Positions 54,127-64,000 are shown, numbered from the stretch's first letter. The stretch is 64,000 nt of DNA from an uncultured Verrucomicrobiae bacterium (GCA_963813995.1 CAWFAZ010000079.1:23236-87235), one strand, 5' to 3'. The notes: generated from the letters alone by a model not told the origin. Numbers and translations are program-made.

Positions 54127-54411
54127 ATGAAGGCAAACGCAAAAGAGCAACGGGTTGACTTGGGGGATTTCATTGTGGCGGACCCTGCCATTTGTCACGG
54201 CAAGCCCACCTACAAAGGCACCCGCGTCATGGTCTGGCAGGTTTTGGCCATGCTGGAACGGGGCGAATCTTGGGACTACATCCGGCAGGCATGGCCCGGC
54301 CGCATTAGCGACGATGCCATCGCAGAAACGATTCGCCTCGCCCGGAGTTCTCTGCTCGACGCGCACGGGCGGTTGATGAAGGAGTCAGCCGGGGCCTGCG
54401 TCGGCGAATGA
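54127..54411 (+). CDS. DUF433 antitoxin-like protein
   Basis: IVADPAICHGKPTYKGTRVMVWQVLAMLERGESWDYIRQAWPGRISDDAIAETIRLA is the DUF433 signature. Confidence 0.7.
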   Translation: MKANAKEQRVDLGDFIVADPAICHGKPTYKGTRVMVWQVLAMLERGESWDYIRQAWPGRISDDAIAETIRLARSSLLDAHGRLMKESAGACVGE

Positions 54412-54458
54412 ATGTCCTGGACGAAAACCTTGCCGCCCAGCAATGTGAAAAACTTTGA
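54408..54458 (+). pseudogene. Remnant of the DUF5615/PIN-like partner toxin (16 codons)
   Basis: MNVLDENLAAQQCEKL-stop overlapping the DUF433 stop. The full-length family begins M..LLDENL. Confidence 0.35.
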
Positions 54459-54717
54459 GACATCCGACCTTTGACACGACCGCCAAGAGGATGGGAATCG
54501 TGGCCCGGATCCAGACCAGCGGCGTGCAATTCTGGAAAAAGGGCAGGCCCGGATTGCGGGTCGCCGAATGGAGTGAAACGAATGGGGATTAAACAGGGAA
54601 AGAGGAGGAGAGCCGCCGCAGTCCAAAACCTGCCGGGGCGCGCGAAGCGTCCTGGAGTGCGCCAGCCCTCTGGCGCTTTTCAGCCGATTGGTTCAAAAGC
54701 AATGGCCCCGCCCAAGC

Positions 54718-55500
54718 TCACGGCGTTGGCTTCTTGAGAAACGGGGTCAACAGTTCTATGGGCAACGGAATGATGGTGGTGGTGTTGCGGTCGCCGGAGA
54801 TTTCATTGATGGTCTGCAGGTAGCGCAGTTGCAGCGCGATGGGTTGGACGGCGATCATGGCGGCGGCTTGCACGAGCTTTTCCGCGGCTTGGAATTCACC
54901 CTCGGCGTTGATGACTTTGGCGCGCCGTTCCCGTTCCGTTTCCGCCTGGCGGGCCATGGCCCGCTTCATGGTGTCGGGCAGCATGACGTCGCGCACTTCG
55001 ACGGCGGTGACTTTGACGCCCCACGGGCCGGTGTGGCGGTCGATGATTTCCTGGAGCGTTCGATTGATCATTTCGCGATGGGCCAGCAATTCATCCAGTT
55101 CGCTCTGCCCCAAAACGCTGCGCAAGGTGGTTTGGGCGATGAGCGATGTGGCCTGCAAAAAGTTCTCCACCTTGACCACGGCCGCCTCCGGATCAATGAT
55201 TTTAAAATACACGACGGCATCCACGGTGACGGGCACGTTGTCCCGGGTCATCACTTCCTGCTTGGCCACGTTGATCGTGATGACGCGCAAATCCATCCGC
55301 ACCATGCGGTCCACAACCGGGATGAGAAAGACCAGCCCCGGCCCTTTTGCGCCGATGAGTTTGCCGAGGCGAAAGACCACGGCCCGCTCGTATTCGCGCA
55401 GGATGCGCATGGCGGAGGGGAGGATGATGGAGAGAATAATGACGGCCGGCACAAGCCAGACCATGAAGTTGACCGCGAGGTGCATTTGATTATTATCCAT
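54718..55500 (-). CDS. SPFH/Band 7 (stomatin-like) protein
   Basis: [34 protein letters not shown]...[22 protein letters not shown] pattern. Confidence 0.9.
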   Translation of the reverse strand: MDNNQMHLAVNFMVWLVPAVIILSIILPSAMRILREYERAVVFRLGKLIGAKGPGLVFLIPVVDRMVRMDLRVITINVAKQEVMTRDNVPVTVDAVVYFKIIDPEAAVVKVENFLQATSLIAQTTLRSVLGQSELDELLAHREMINRTLQEIIDRHTGPWGVKVTAVEVRDVMLPDTMKRAMARQAETERERRAKVINAEGEFQAAEKLVQAAAMIAVQPIALQLRYLQTINEISGDRNTTTIIPLPIELLTPFLKKPTP

Positions 55501-55507
55501 AATTGTT

Positions 55508-56821
55508 TCAGGATTTAGGTTTGACGTGCAGGGTTAGCCCTTCGATTCCCACAATTTTGACCGCCGCCCCCCTGGCCAGCGGGGTTTGGCTGACGGCGTT
55601 CCAATATTCGCCGTCGATCATGACCTGGCCGCCGGCCTCGTCAATCGCGGTCAGGGCCGCCGCAGTTTTGCCCAGCATGGTTTCCGGCCCGGTTTTGACG
55701 GGCAGGAATTGGGCGCGAAGCCCGGCGCCGATGACAAAGAGGAAAAAGGCCGCCGTCAGGATCGTGGCCGGAATGATCAGGCTGAGCGACAGTTGAAAAG
55801 CCGGCTCGCGGTCGAAAAGCATGATCGAGCCCAGAAAAAAGGCGATGATTCCTCCGCCGGTCAGGATGCCGTGGGTCACGGCAAATACGTCAATTATAAA
55901 CAGGGCCACCGCCAGGAGGATCAAGGCGAGGCCGGCGATGTTAATGGGCAGAATGGTGCTCATGTAGAGGGCAAGGATCAAGGCCACCGCCCCGGCCACG
56001 CCCGGCAATATGGCCCCCGGATTGCTCAACTCGCCAATGATGCCGTACATGGCCACGAGCATCAGGACGAACATGACTTCGGGCCGCCACAGCATCTGGA
56101 AAATCTTCTCGCGGGCCGCCATGGGAATGTCCGCGACTCGCGCGCCGGCGGTGCGCAGGAGGGTTTGGCCGATGTGGCGCTGGTCCAGTTGTTTGAGCAG
56201 GCCGGGGATGTCTGGCGCGATGATGTCAATTACTTTTAAACGCAACGCTTCCTCGGCATTGGTGCAGGCGCTCTGGCGCACGGCAGATTTGGCCCACTCC
56301 ACGTTGTGCGAGCGTTTGCTGGCGATGGTTTCGATGTAGCTGGAGGCGTAGTTTTCCAGTTTGGTGCGTAGCACGTCGTTGCTGCCGCCTTCGTCGCCGC
56401 CGGGCAGTGAAATCAGTGAAAGTGGGTGGGCCGCGCCGATGGTGGTGTTGGGGGCCATGGCCGCCACGTTGGCCGCCAGGGTGATAAAGGTCCCGGCGCT
56501 GGCCGCGGTGGCCCCGGATGGGGCGACATACACGACGGTGGGAACGGTGTCGCTCAGGAGTTTTTCGACGATTTCCTTGGTGGAGTCGAGGAGGCCGCCG
56601 GGGGTGTCCAGTTGAATGATGAGGCAGGCGTCCTGTTCGGCGGCAGCCTGGTCGATGGCGCGGATTATGTAAGTGGCGGTGGCAGGCCCAATCGCTCCAT
56701 CAATTTTGACAAGGCCAACCTGCCCGGCCTGGAGTGAGGGCGACCCTAAAAGAGCCATCGCCACCATGCCCGATGCCAGACGCCTGCAAAGAGTGCTCAA
56801 GGCCATATTATATTGCCCCAA
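55508..56821 (-). CDS. NfeD-family membrane-bound ClpP-class serine protease
   Basis: An N-terminal ClpP-like domain ([13 protein letters not shown]...[11 protein letters not shown]), TM helices and a C-terminal NfeD OB domain. It lies upstream of the stomatin gene, the classic pairing. Confidence 0.85.
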   Translation of the reverse strand: MGQYNMALSTLCRRLASGMVAMALLGSPSLQAGQVGLVKIDGAIGPATATYIIRAIDQAAAEQDACLIIQLDTPGGLLDSTKEIVEKLLSDTVPTVVYVAPSGATAASAGTFITLAANVAAMAPNTTIGAAHPLSLISLPGGDEGGSNDVLRTKLENYASSYIETIASKRSHNVEWAKSAVRQSACTNAEEALRLKVIDIIAPDIPGLLKQLDQRHIGQTLLRTAGARVADIPMAAREKIFQMLWRPEVMFVLMLVAMYGIIGELSNPGAILPGVAGAVALILALYMSTILPINIAGLALILLAVALFIIDVFAVTHGILTGGGIIAFFLGSIMLFDREPAFQLSLSLIIPATILTAAFFLFVIGAGLRAQFLPVKTGPETMLGKTAAALTAIDEAGGQVMIDGEYWNAVSQTPLARGAAVKIVGIEGLTLHVKPKS

Positions 56822-57077
56822 CTTGATCGCGCTTCAGCCCGGGGGAAGTGCCAGTCGCTCCCCATTGCCGGGAAGAGGCGCGAACCACCACAAATATGCC
56901 ATGTTGCTGGCATTGCAACAAGATATTCGATTCCACGGTGAAAAATTGTCCTTGCATTTCTATTTGTTTTACCCATAACAAACAGTTCCCAACTGGACTG
57001 GTTGGCAATGAGATCTTTCAACCATTTACGATGGCTGGGATCTGCCAAAAACGCGCTACAACCAAAAGTCAAGTCAT

Positions 57078-57731
57078 ATGAAAATGCCTTTAATGCTCGT
57101 CGGGGTGGCGGCGATGGCCGCTGCCATGAATACAAATGCCAATCCAAACCTTCTTTCCGATCCCGGATTTGAAAGCGGGACGCCCGTGCCCAGTGCGATT
57201 GGGGGCTGGGCGACAGTGGTGGATGCCGCTTTTTCGCAGAACTATGCCCATTCGGGTGCATGGTCCATGGAGAACTATTATGTGTCGGGCGGCTTTCACG
57301 GGGTCAGCGTTCAGGAGGCTGCCGTCACTCCTGGCGCCGGTTATGCGCTCGGCGGCTGGGCATTCACGCCCAACACATTGAGCAGTTCTGGGATGGGGAT
57401 GTTGATTCTTTTCTTCACCGATGCCAACGGGGCGTTGATCGGCCAGTATCTGCCCTCCCCGGCGTTGAACAGCGCGTCACCGGCTGACACATGGACTCAA
57501 CTCTCGGTGGATGGCACAGCGCCCGCCAATGCGGCAGCCGTTTATGCCGAAACGACACTGTGGAACCCTGGACCTGGCGACGCCGTTTATTTTGACGATC
57601 TCAGTTTGACCGTTGTTCCGGAACCTTCGGTGTTGGCCCTGATGAGCGCCGGTCTCGGACTGGGTCTCTTGGGCCGACGGCGAACGAGCCGATCCGCAGG
57701 GTCACCCGTTACGGCGTTGGTCAACAGATAA
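57078..57731 (+). CDS. PEP-CTERM-anchored secreted protein with a CBM-like domain
   Basis: Signal peptide; NLLSDPGFESG start of a CBM4/9-like domain; C-terminal VPEPSVLALMSAGLGLGLLGRRR sorting signal. Confidence 0.8.
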   Translation: MKMPLMLVGVAAMAAAMNTNANPNLLSDPGFESGTPVPSAIGGWATVVDAAFSQNYAHSGAWSMENYYVSGGFHGVSVQEAAVTPGAGYALGGWAFTPNTLSSSGMGMLILFFTDANGALIGQYLPSPALNSASPADTWTQLSVDGTAPANAAAVYAETTLWNPGPGDAVYFDDLSLTVVPEPSVLALMSAGLGLGLLGRRRTSRSAGSPVTALVNR

Positions 57732-57931
57732 AAAGCTGTCGCCCCCGTTTTTTCCATGGGCACCTGACTGTCGGGTGTGACCGCTGAGTAACCCAAAATG
57801 GAACTGTAAACAGGGGAGTGGGTAATTCTGCCGATGCATATTACATCCGCACCCGGACATTTTCTTTCGTGGAAATAGTTCTTGTGTTGGATGGCAATAC
57901 AGGTATGCTTGCCGGTCTTTGACAATGATTT

Positions 57932-58219
57932 ATGTCTCGAATTTGCGAACTTACTGGAAAAGGCTCGATTAAGGGCAGTCACATCTGGCGCAGCGGCAAA
58001 GCCAAGAAAAAGGGCGGCATCGGCACGCATATCACCGCCATCACCAAACGGCGCTTTGCGCCCAATCTTCAGCGTGTCAAGGCCGTGATCAACGGCGAGG
58101 TGCGCTATATCCGCGTTTCGGCCAGCGCGTTGAAAAAGGGTTTGGTGACCAAGGCGCCCAAGCGTCGCTGGACCAAACCCGAGGCCAAACCCGAGCCGGC
58201 GGCCGCCCCAAAGGCTTAA
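57932..58219 (+). CDS. rpmB: 50S ribosomal protein L28
   Basis: MSRICELTGKGSIKGSHIWRSGKAKKKGGIGTHITAITKRRFAPNLQRV... Confidence 0.9.
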   Translation: MSRICELTGKGSIKGSHIWRSGKAKKKGGIGTHITAITKRRFAPNLQRVKAVINGEVRYIRVSASALKKGLVTKAPKRRWTKPEAKPEPAAAPKA

Positions 58220-58677
58220 CCATGTTTTCTTTTCAGGTGGTGCATGGCGGCCCGTTTTAATTCGCGGTCGGCCTCGCGCTCTTTTATGTCCTGCCGTTTG
58301 TCGAATTCCACTTTGCCCTTGCCGACGGCCAGGGCCACTTTGACGCGGCCGTTTTTCCAGTAAAAAGAAAGGGGGAAAAGGGCGTTGCCTTTGCTGGCGG
58401 CCAGATCGAGCAGTTTGCGGATTTCCGATTTGTGCAACAGGAGTTTGCGCGGCGCCTTGGGCAGGTGGCCAAACCGGTTGGCCTGGACGTATTCGTCAAT
58501 GTGCGCGTTGTGCAGCCAGACTTCGTTCTTTTCGACTCTGGCAAAGGCATCGCTGATTTGGGCCTTGCCGGCGCGCAGCGCCTTGACTTCCGAGCCATGC
58601 AAAACGATGCCGGCTTCGAATGTTTCCAGTATATGATAGTCCCGCCGGGCTTTGGAGTTGTGCAGAATTTCGGCCAT
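58216..58677 (-). CDS. smpB: SsrA-binding protein SmpB
   Basis: NSKARRDYHILETFEAGIVLHGSEVKALRAGKAQISDAFARV...LLLHKSEI...GKGKVEFDKRQDIKERE. Confidence 0.9.
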   Translation of the reverse strand: MAEILHNSKARRDYHILETFEAGIVLHGSEVKALRAGKAQISDAFARVEKNEVWLHNAHIDEYVQANRFGHLPKAPRKLLLHKSEIRKLLDLAASKGNALFPLSFYWKNGRVKVALAVGKGKVEFDKRQDIKEREADRELKRAAMHHLKRKHG

Positions 58678-58734
58678 AAACAAAATGCCCGAAGGCCATC
58701 CTTCCGGCTGGCGCGCCGCCGGGACCAGCGATCG

Positions 58735-58998
58735 TCAGGAGGAGCGGCGGCGTTTTCTGGTCACGGGCTGGGCTTCCTCTTCCTCTTCGGTCCCGGTGGA
58801 CATGGCATAATCCATTTTGCCGTCGATGATTTCCAGCAGGGCGACATCCGCCGCGCCCATCGTGGCGGTTTGCTCGATGAGGGGCCGGCTGCTGCCGCCG
58901 CCGGACGTCAACTGCCGCACGCGCCTGGAAATGAGATTAACCAAAACGTTGGGGTTGCCAACTTTCGCCAAAGCCTGTTTGATGTATTCGCTGTTCAC
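58735..58998 (-). CDS. rpoZ: DNA-directed RNA polymerase omega subunit
   Basis: MNSEYIKQALAKVGNPNVLVNLISRRVRQL... is a typical RpoZ N-terminus. Confidence 0.8.
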   Translation of the reverse strand: MNSEYIKQALAKVGNPNVLVNLISRRVRQLTSGGGSSRPLIEQTATMGAADVALLEIIDGKMDYAMSTGTEEEEEAQPVTRKRRRSS

Positions 58999-59042
58999 GA
59001 GCCTCTTACAGTAACCGCTGCGCCACGGAACGCAATTAAATT

Positions 59043-59975
59043 ATGTCAGTTTCTCACAATAAGAATAAGGTCCATTCAAGCCCAAAGCAGGCATTTGACC
59101 TGCAAGCACACCTCCGCCGGCAAACGGCGGCGGTGGATCGGGCGTTAAACCGCTTTTTGCCGCCCGCCGGCGCCAAACCGGCCACCATTCACCGGGCCAT
59201 GCGCTATTCCATTTTCGCCGGAGGCAAACGCATCCGGCCCGCTCTCTGCCTGGCGGCGGCGGAAGCGTGCGGCGGCCGGCTCGAAGACGCCCTCCCGCTG
59301 GCCTGCGCCGTCGAGTGCATCCACACCTATTCACTCATCCACGACGATCTGCCGGCGATGGACAACGATGACCTTCGCCGCGGCAAGCCGACCAATCACA
59401 AGGTCTTCGGCGAGGGCATCGCCATCCTGGCGGGGGACGCGCTGTTGACCGGGGCCTTTGCCATCGCCGCCCAATGCAAGGGCTGGCCGCGTTACAGCCA
59501 TCGGGACATCATTCTGGAACTGGCGCGGGCCGCCGGTTCACAACAACTCATTGCCGGACAAGTCGCCGATTTGGAGGGCGAAGGCAAAAAAATCCCGGCC
59601 AGCCAACTGCGCTACATTCACGAGCGAAAAACATCCGCGCTGCTCTGTTGCGCGGTGCGCCTGGGCGGCATGAGCGCCAATTGCCCGCCCGCCCAACTGC
59701 AGAGCCTTACGGATTTCGGTTACAACGTCGGCCTGGCCTTCCAGATTATTGACGACATTCTGGATGTCACCCAAACCAGCGAGCAACTGGGCAAAACAGC
59801 CGGAAAAGACACCGCCGCCGCGAAGGCGACCTATCCTTCGATCGTGGGAATGGCAGAATCGCGAAAAATCGCCGGGCAATTGACCGGGCGGGCGTTCCGC
59901 GCATTGAAAATCTTCAAAGGCAGAGCACCGGCCCTGGAAGCCCTGGCTGAATTTCTATTGAAGCGCGATAAATAG
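59043..59975 (+). CDS. ispA: Polyprenyl (farnesyl/geranylgeranyl) diphosphate synthase
   Basis: First DDxxD region LIHDDLPAMDNDDLRRGKPT and second region FQIIDDILD. Confidence 0.9.
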   Translation: MSVSHNKNKVHSSPKQAFDLQAHLRRQTAAVDRALNRFLPPAGAKPATIHRAMRYSIFAGGKRIRPALCLAAAEACGGRLEDALPLACAVECIHTYSLIHDDLPAMDNDDLRRGKPTNHKVFGEGIAILAGDALLTGAFAIAAQCKGWPRYSHRDIILELARAAGSQQLIAGQVADLEGEGKKIPASQLRYIHERKTSALLCCAVRLGGMSANCPPAQLQSLTDFGYNVGLAFQIIDDILDVTQTSEQLGKTAGKDTAAAKATYPSIVGMAESRKIAGQLTGRAFRALKIFKGRAPALEALAEFLLKRDK

Positions 59976-60454
59976 TCCATGCTCAACCTGCAAGATTTGT
60001 CGGCGGTGTCCTAATTTGGAATAAGGCCAGCTTTTCTAAGAATCCGCAATGTGACTTCTGAATCAACGGATTTTCCTTCGGATGACCGGTTGGAATTTCA
60101 GCGGCTTTTTGCCGGCTGTTTGGGCGTTTGTCAAGAATACATACTTGACAACGAGGCCTGCGACACGCGTTTCGATCAATGTTTGCAGGGATTTCGTGTT
60201 ATAAAAAAGATCTCCACCATGACCTGTGCAATTTCCGCCTTTTGTGCTAAACTCCTCCAATGAGCACGCTGTGCCGCGCCGGGCGGAAGTGTCGGAATGT
60301 CCGGGGAGCGCGACCGTCCCGGTCGCTGGGCGGGGCGTCTCGCGCCGCCCTTCCAGACAAAGATGTGTTTGGCGGGACGCCAAACACTGCGCGCGAGACG
60401 CACGCGCTCCCAACCCATCTTTCTGCCTTCCTGAAATGCCGGATTAAACGAGGT

Positions 60455-60540
60455 CGAAAAATTTCGGATAATCCGAAAAATTTCGGAAATATTTCGGAAA
60501 AACAGCCCTTTTCCGAAATTATTTCGGATTATTTTTTGGA
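60455..60540. promoter_or_regulatory. AT-rich cluster of TTCGGA/TCCGAA half-sites including two perfect 17-bp palindromes
   Basis: tttcggataatccgaaa and tccgaaattatttcgga are perfect palindromes with 8-bp arms. Two further direct copies of atttcggaaa lie between them. Confidence 0.5.
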
Positions 60541-60563
60541 GACGCTTTGCCGGGTCAGGTGCA

Positions 60564-60756
60564 GTCAAACTGGATCGTCCCTCCCGTCCTTTATGTCCTT
60601 GCAGGTCGTTGAATCCCCGGTCAAACCCGGTCAAACCAAGTCAAACCGATGCCGTTGGTCAAACCTGGGGCAAATTATATGCAAGTGCTTTAACATGAAT
60701 GGCTTGCAGAATAAACAGCCTTTAGTCCAGTCAAACCCAGTCAAACTGGGTCAAAC
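60564..60756. repeat. Iteron-like GTCAAAC heptamers (8 copies), including two triplets phased at exactly 10 bp
   Basis: GTCAAAC at 60564, 60620, 60630, 60640, 60658, 60730, 60740 and 60750. Confidence 0.8.
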
Positions 60757-60771
60757 CGATTGCAAGCCGTG

Positions 60772-62166
60772 CTAACAAACCTCCGCCACCGATTCGCGCA
60801 GGGCGGCGACCATCCGCCGCGCCTGGGCCGGCGTTGTGCAGTAGGGCGGCATCAGGACAATAACATCGCCCACCGGACGCGTCAGGACGCCGCGCCGGGC
60901 CATGCCTTCGCAGACACGGATGCCAACGCGTTCGCGCGCGGCGAATCGTTCGCGTGTTTCCCAATGCTTGACGAGTTCCACGCCAACCATCAATCCCACC
61001 TGCCGGATGTCCCCCACCGCGGGCAGGCTCCACAGCGATTCCAATTCCGCCCGCAACGTTTTCTCCAGCATGCGCCGCGCCTTCAAGCACTGCGGGGATT
61101 GGAGAAGCTCCAGGCTGGCCAGCGAAGCGGCTGCGCCGAGTTGGTTGGCGGTATAGCTGTGCCCGTGATAGAAAGTTTTGAATTCGTCATACCGGCCAAG
61201 AAAGGCGTTGAAGATGCGTTGCGTGGTCAGCGTGGCGGCCATGGGCAGGTAGCCGCCCGTCATCCCCTTGGCCAGCGCCATCATATCCGGCTGGACCGAT
61301 TCCTGGTGGCAGGCGAAGAGCGGGCCGCTCCGGCCAAAACCCGTCATCACTTCATCCGCGATGAGAAGCGCGCCGTGACCGCGGGCGATGGCGGCGGCGC
61401 GATGCAGCCAGCCCTTCGGGTGGGCGATCATTCCGGCGGCGCCCTGCATCAACGGCTCCACAATAAATGCGGCATAGGCGCTGCCCTTTTTTTTCTGCGC
61501 GGAAAATTTTCGTTCGACCTGGCCGGCGCATTCCCAATGGCAGCGGCGATATTCCCGGGCGTCGGCGCGTTCGGGTTGGGCTTGGTTGAACGGGCAACAA
61601 TAACAATACGGCGAAGGCACGCTGTCGCTCTTGAAAAGCAATCCGCCGTAAGCCCGGTGAAAAAGATCGATATGCCCCAGGCTGACCGCGCCGATCGTAT
61701 CGCCGTGATAAGCGCCGCCCACGGCCAGGAATTTCGGCTCGCTGCCGGGACGCGCCCGGCAGGCGAATTGATGGGCCATTTTCAAGGCCGCTTCCACCGC
61801 GGTCGAACCGTCGTCGGAAAAGAAAACCCGCCGCAATGTGCGTCCGGCGTTTTGCGCCGGGCCGGAGTTGGCGGCTTGGATCAGTTTTTCGGCCAGCAAC
61901 GAGGCGGGCCGGTTGGCCAGTCCCAGGGCCGAGGAATGGGCGATTTGGCCAAGCTGATGCCGGATGGCCGCGTTGATTTTTGGATGGCAGTGGCCGTGCA
62001 AATTGGTCCAGATCGAAGAGTTGCCGTCCAGGTATTCGTTTCCCCTGGCATCGCGCAGCACGGCCCCTTTTCCGCCGACAATGACAATCGGCTCCCGTTT
62101 GAGCCAGTCGCGCATTTGCGTGAACGGGTGCCAGACATATTTTCGATCCAACAGTGCGGGAGACAA
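60772..62166 (-). CDS. bioA: Adenosylmethionine-8-amino-7-oxononanoate aminotransferase
   Basis: DRKYVWHPFTQM..., GSTAVEAALKMA and LIADEVMTGFGR form the class-III aminotransferase / BioA pattern. Confidence 0.9.
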   Translation of the reverse strand: MSPALLDRKYVWHPFTQMRDWLKREPIVIVGGKGAVLRDARGNEYLDGNSSIWTNLHGHCHPKINAAIRHQLGQIAHSSALGLANRPASLLAEKLIQAANSGPAQNAGRTLRRVFFSDDGSTAVEAALKMAHQFACRARPGSEPKFLAVGGAYHGDTIGAVSLGHIDLFHRAYGGLLFKSDSVPSPYCYCCPFNQAQPERADAREYRRCHWECAGQVERKFSAQKKKGSAYAAFIVEPLMQGAAGMIAHPKGWLHRAAAIARGHGALLIADEVMTGFGRSGPLFACHQESVQPDMMALAKGMTGGYLPMAATLTTQRIFNAFLGRYDEFKTFYHGHSYTANQLGAAASLASLELLQSPQCLKARRMLEKTLRAELESLWSLPAVGDIRQVGLMVGVELVKHWETRERFAARERVGIRVCEGMARRGVLTRPVGDVIVLMPPYCTTPAQARRMVAALRESVAEVC

Positions 62167-62175
62167 GTGTGCCGT

Positions 62176-63402
62176 TCAAGGTTTGAAGTTCAAAGCCGAT
62201 TGCAACGCGGCGCGCAACCGCACGATGTCAGCCGCCTCATGCGCGGCGCTAAGCGTGACGCGCAAGCGCGCCTGGCCGTGGCCGACCGTGGGATAACGAA
62301 TGGCCGGAATAAAGATTCCCTGATCGCGCAATGCCGCGGCGATCTTCAGCGCCCGGGTCTCGTCCCCGATCATGATGGGAATAATCGCGCTGTGCTTGTG
62401 GCGGCGTTCCGGCGCGCCGGATTTGCCTTCCGGTTCGGCGGCCCGGTGGAAGGCCTCGACATTCGACCACAGTTGGATGCGCCGTTGTTCTCCCGCCGCG
62501 CTTTGCACAAAGCGCGCGCCGGCGGCGGCCGCGGCGGCCGCGGCGGGAACCGGCGCGGTGGAGAAAATAAATGGGCGCGCGCGGTTGATCAGGTATTCGA
62601 TCAAAGACCGCGGCCCGCAGATGTAGCCGCCGGAAGAACCGAGGGCTTTGCCAAGCGTCCCCATCTGGATTTCAATTTTTTGGGCGACTCCGAGTTCTTC
62701 AGCCAAACCACGCCGCGCGCTCCCATAAAGACCGGTGGCGTGCGCTTCATCGACCATGAGCCACGCGCCAAATTGTTCCTTCAAGGCCACCATCTCGCGC
62801 AACGGCGCCTGGTCGCCGTCCATCGAGAAAACGCTTTCCGTGACAATCAGCGTGCGCGGTTTGCGCTCCGTTTGGACAACGGCGGGCGCGGCATGGCGGC
62901 TGTCGGCCCAGCGGAGGATCTTCTCCAAATCATTCAGATTATTGTGGCCGAAGACTCGCACCTTCGCCCCGCAGAGCCGCGCGGCGTCCACAATGCTGGC
63001 ATGCACCAGTTTGTCCAGGACGATGACATCATTGCTGTCCAGCAACGCGCCAATCATCCCCGTGACAGCGGCATAGCCGGATGAAAACGCCAGGGCGGCC
63101 TGGGTGCCTTTGAAGGCGGCCAGCGCCTCATCCAGCTCATGGTGCGGGCTGAGCGAACCGCAAATCAAGCGCGAGGCCCCGGTGCCGGCCCCAAATCTCC
63201 GGATGGCCTCGATGGCCGCCTCCTTGAGAGCGGGTTCATTGGCCAGTCCCAAATAATCATTCGACGAAAAGTTGAGAAAAGTTTTGCCGTCGATGGAGAG
63301 GCGCGGCGACTGGGGCGAATCGACGCGCCGCAATTCGCGGAACAAATTCTGTTGGCGAAGGTCGCTCAAACGTGAAATCAACTCTTCATTGAACGCGTTC
63401 AT
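62176..63402 (-). CDS. bioF: 8-amino-7-oxononanoate synthase
   Basis: NFSSNDYLGL, GSGASRLI-type GTGASRLICGS, MVDEAHATG and the FSTA pattern. The ATG is at 63402. Confidence 0.9.
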   Translation of the reverse strand: MNAFNEELISRLSDLRQQNLFRELRRVDSPQSPRLSIDGKTFLNFSSNDYLGLANEPALKEAAIEAIRRFGAGTGASRLICGSLSPHHELDEALAAFKGTQAALAFSSGYAAVTGMIGALLDSNDVIVLDKLVHASIVDAARLCGAKVRVFGHNNLNDLEKILRWADSRHAAPAVVQTERKPRTLIVTESVFSMDGDQAPLREMVALKEQFGAWLMVDEAHATGLYGSARRGLAEELGVAQKIEIQMGTLGKALGSSGGYICGPRSLIEYLINRARPFIFSTAPVPAAAAAAAAGARFVQSAAGEQRRIQLWSNVEAFHRAAEPEGKSGAPERRHKHSAIIPIMIGDETRALKIAAALRDQGIFIPAIRYPTVGHGQARLRVTLSAAHEAADIVRLRAALQSALNFKP

Positions 63403-63509
63403 CCACCACAAATGACATAACGGGGGAAAGTTGGCGAGCGTTCAATTTCCATGAAACGGTTAACGCAATACGCTTTTGCATTTGGGCGTCTTGCCTATAA
63501 TGGGCCGGC

Positions 63510-64000
63510 ATGCAAGAACTGTTTCCGCTGGAGTCATCGTGGATCGTTGCCCTGGCAGCGGGCGCGATCTCCCTCATCATGCTCCTGGAGTTGGCCCGCT
63601 CGCTGCCCGGCCAGAATATCGCGCTGATTGCGGCCAGCCTCCTGGCGGGCGAAGGGGTGCTCGAATTTTTTCTGGCCAAATACGCGCGGATTGACGTGAC
63701 AGGCCCGATGTGGTGTTACCTGGCCGGGGCTGCATTGCTCTGGCTGGCGATTGTCCTTTCTGTCCGGAGACTGGCGCAATTCATTCTGCGTCCGTGGCGG
63801 CGGGAAAGAGCATACGGGTTTTGGCTCATCGGCATGAGCGCCGTGTTCGCGGCGATGTTTCAGTTCGGCTGGCATGGCCTCAATCTGGATCCCGACGCGA
63901 TTCCCATCGAACCGGACAGAGCGGCGATCATGGCGGCCATTCGCGGCCTGGCCACGGCGGTATTTTTGGCCGGCCTTGCGCCCTGGTTTATTCGCAAGCG
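63510..64000 (+). CDS. Polytopic membrane protein (5' part; continues past window end)
   Basis: Absent from the ORF track because there is no stop codon. The ATG at 63510 is preceded by tataat at 63496-63501. MQELFPLESSWIVALAAGAISLIMLLELARSLPGQNIALIAASLLAGEGVLEFF... has several hydrophobic helices. The family is not confidently recognised. Confidence 0.5.
   Translation, partial: MQELFPLESSWIVALAAGAISLIMLLELARSLPGQNIALIAASLLAGEGVLEFFLAKYARIDVTGPMWCYLAGAALLWLAIVLSVRRLAQFILRPWRRERAYGFWLIGMSAVFAAMFQFGWHGLNLDPDAIPIEPDRAAIMAAIRGLATAVFLAGLAPWFIRK

Noticed and set aside
60063-60775. ORFs of 116-171 aa in the ispA-bioA spacer
   Set aside because: Their translations are Arg/Gly/Pro-rich read-through of hairpin and iteron repeats. 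They overlap each other on both strands and lack start-site signals. A short LIETRVAGLVVKYVFLTN... segment on the minus strand might be a toxin-like fragment, but I cannot support that.
60760-63084. 774-aa plus-strand ORF opposite bioA and bioF
   Set aside because: It is antisense to two well-supported aminotransferase-family genes, and its sequence is low-complexity and Arg/Gly/Ala-rich.

Overview
GC-rich bacterial chromosome segment. The gene content points to the PVC group (Verrucomicrobia or Planctomycetes): a DUF1559 prepilin-like H-X9-DG protein, a PEP-CTERM protein, an ECF sigma / Ser-Thr kinase pair, LpxI and an MMPL transporter. Housekeeping genes are clear: lpxI, yebC-family, mlaEFD, ubiE/menG, dnaK, groES/groEL, metF, rpmB, smpB, rpoZ, a polyprenyl synthase and bioF-bioA. 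They are interrupted by several accessory patches.

1. About 1.6-5.1 kb: a three-gene DUF262 / DUF3696-ATPase / unknown operon inserted at the 3' end of lpxI and bounded by a 57-bp duplication of the lpxI terminus.
2. 18.2-20.7 kb and 25.1-27.4 kb: decayed toxin-antitoxin and defence remnants.
3. 34.7-43.2 kb: a giant two-partner-secretion adhesin with eleven near-identical 288-bp repeats and a G7-tract frameshift.
4. 29.9-33.5 kb, the most unusual region: immediately downstream of a canonical tRNA-Gly lies an array of about 23 cloverleaf-folding tRNA-like genes.

The tRNA-like genes keep class-specific identity features: G3-U70 with the Ala anticodon, G-1/C73 with His, U73 with Cys, U1-A72/G73 with Gln and Asn, and long variable arms with Ser. 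Almost all replace the universal T-loop U55 with G and lack the D-loop GG. Several have aberrant anticodon loops. The array is interspersed with long purine/pyrimidine hairpins, one of which encloses a four-helix-bundle (23S IVS-type) ORF. It also contains a conserved 40-nt motif, antisense small protein genes and an HNH endonuclease, and is preceded by a leader with a terminator/antiterminator design.

All calls come from reading the sequence and ORF translations. No database search or folding software was run.
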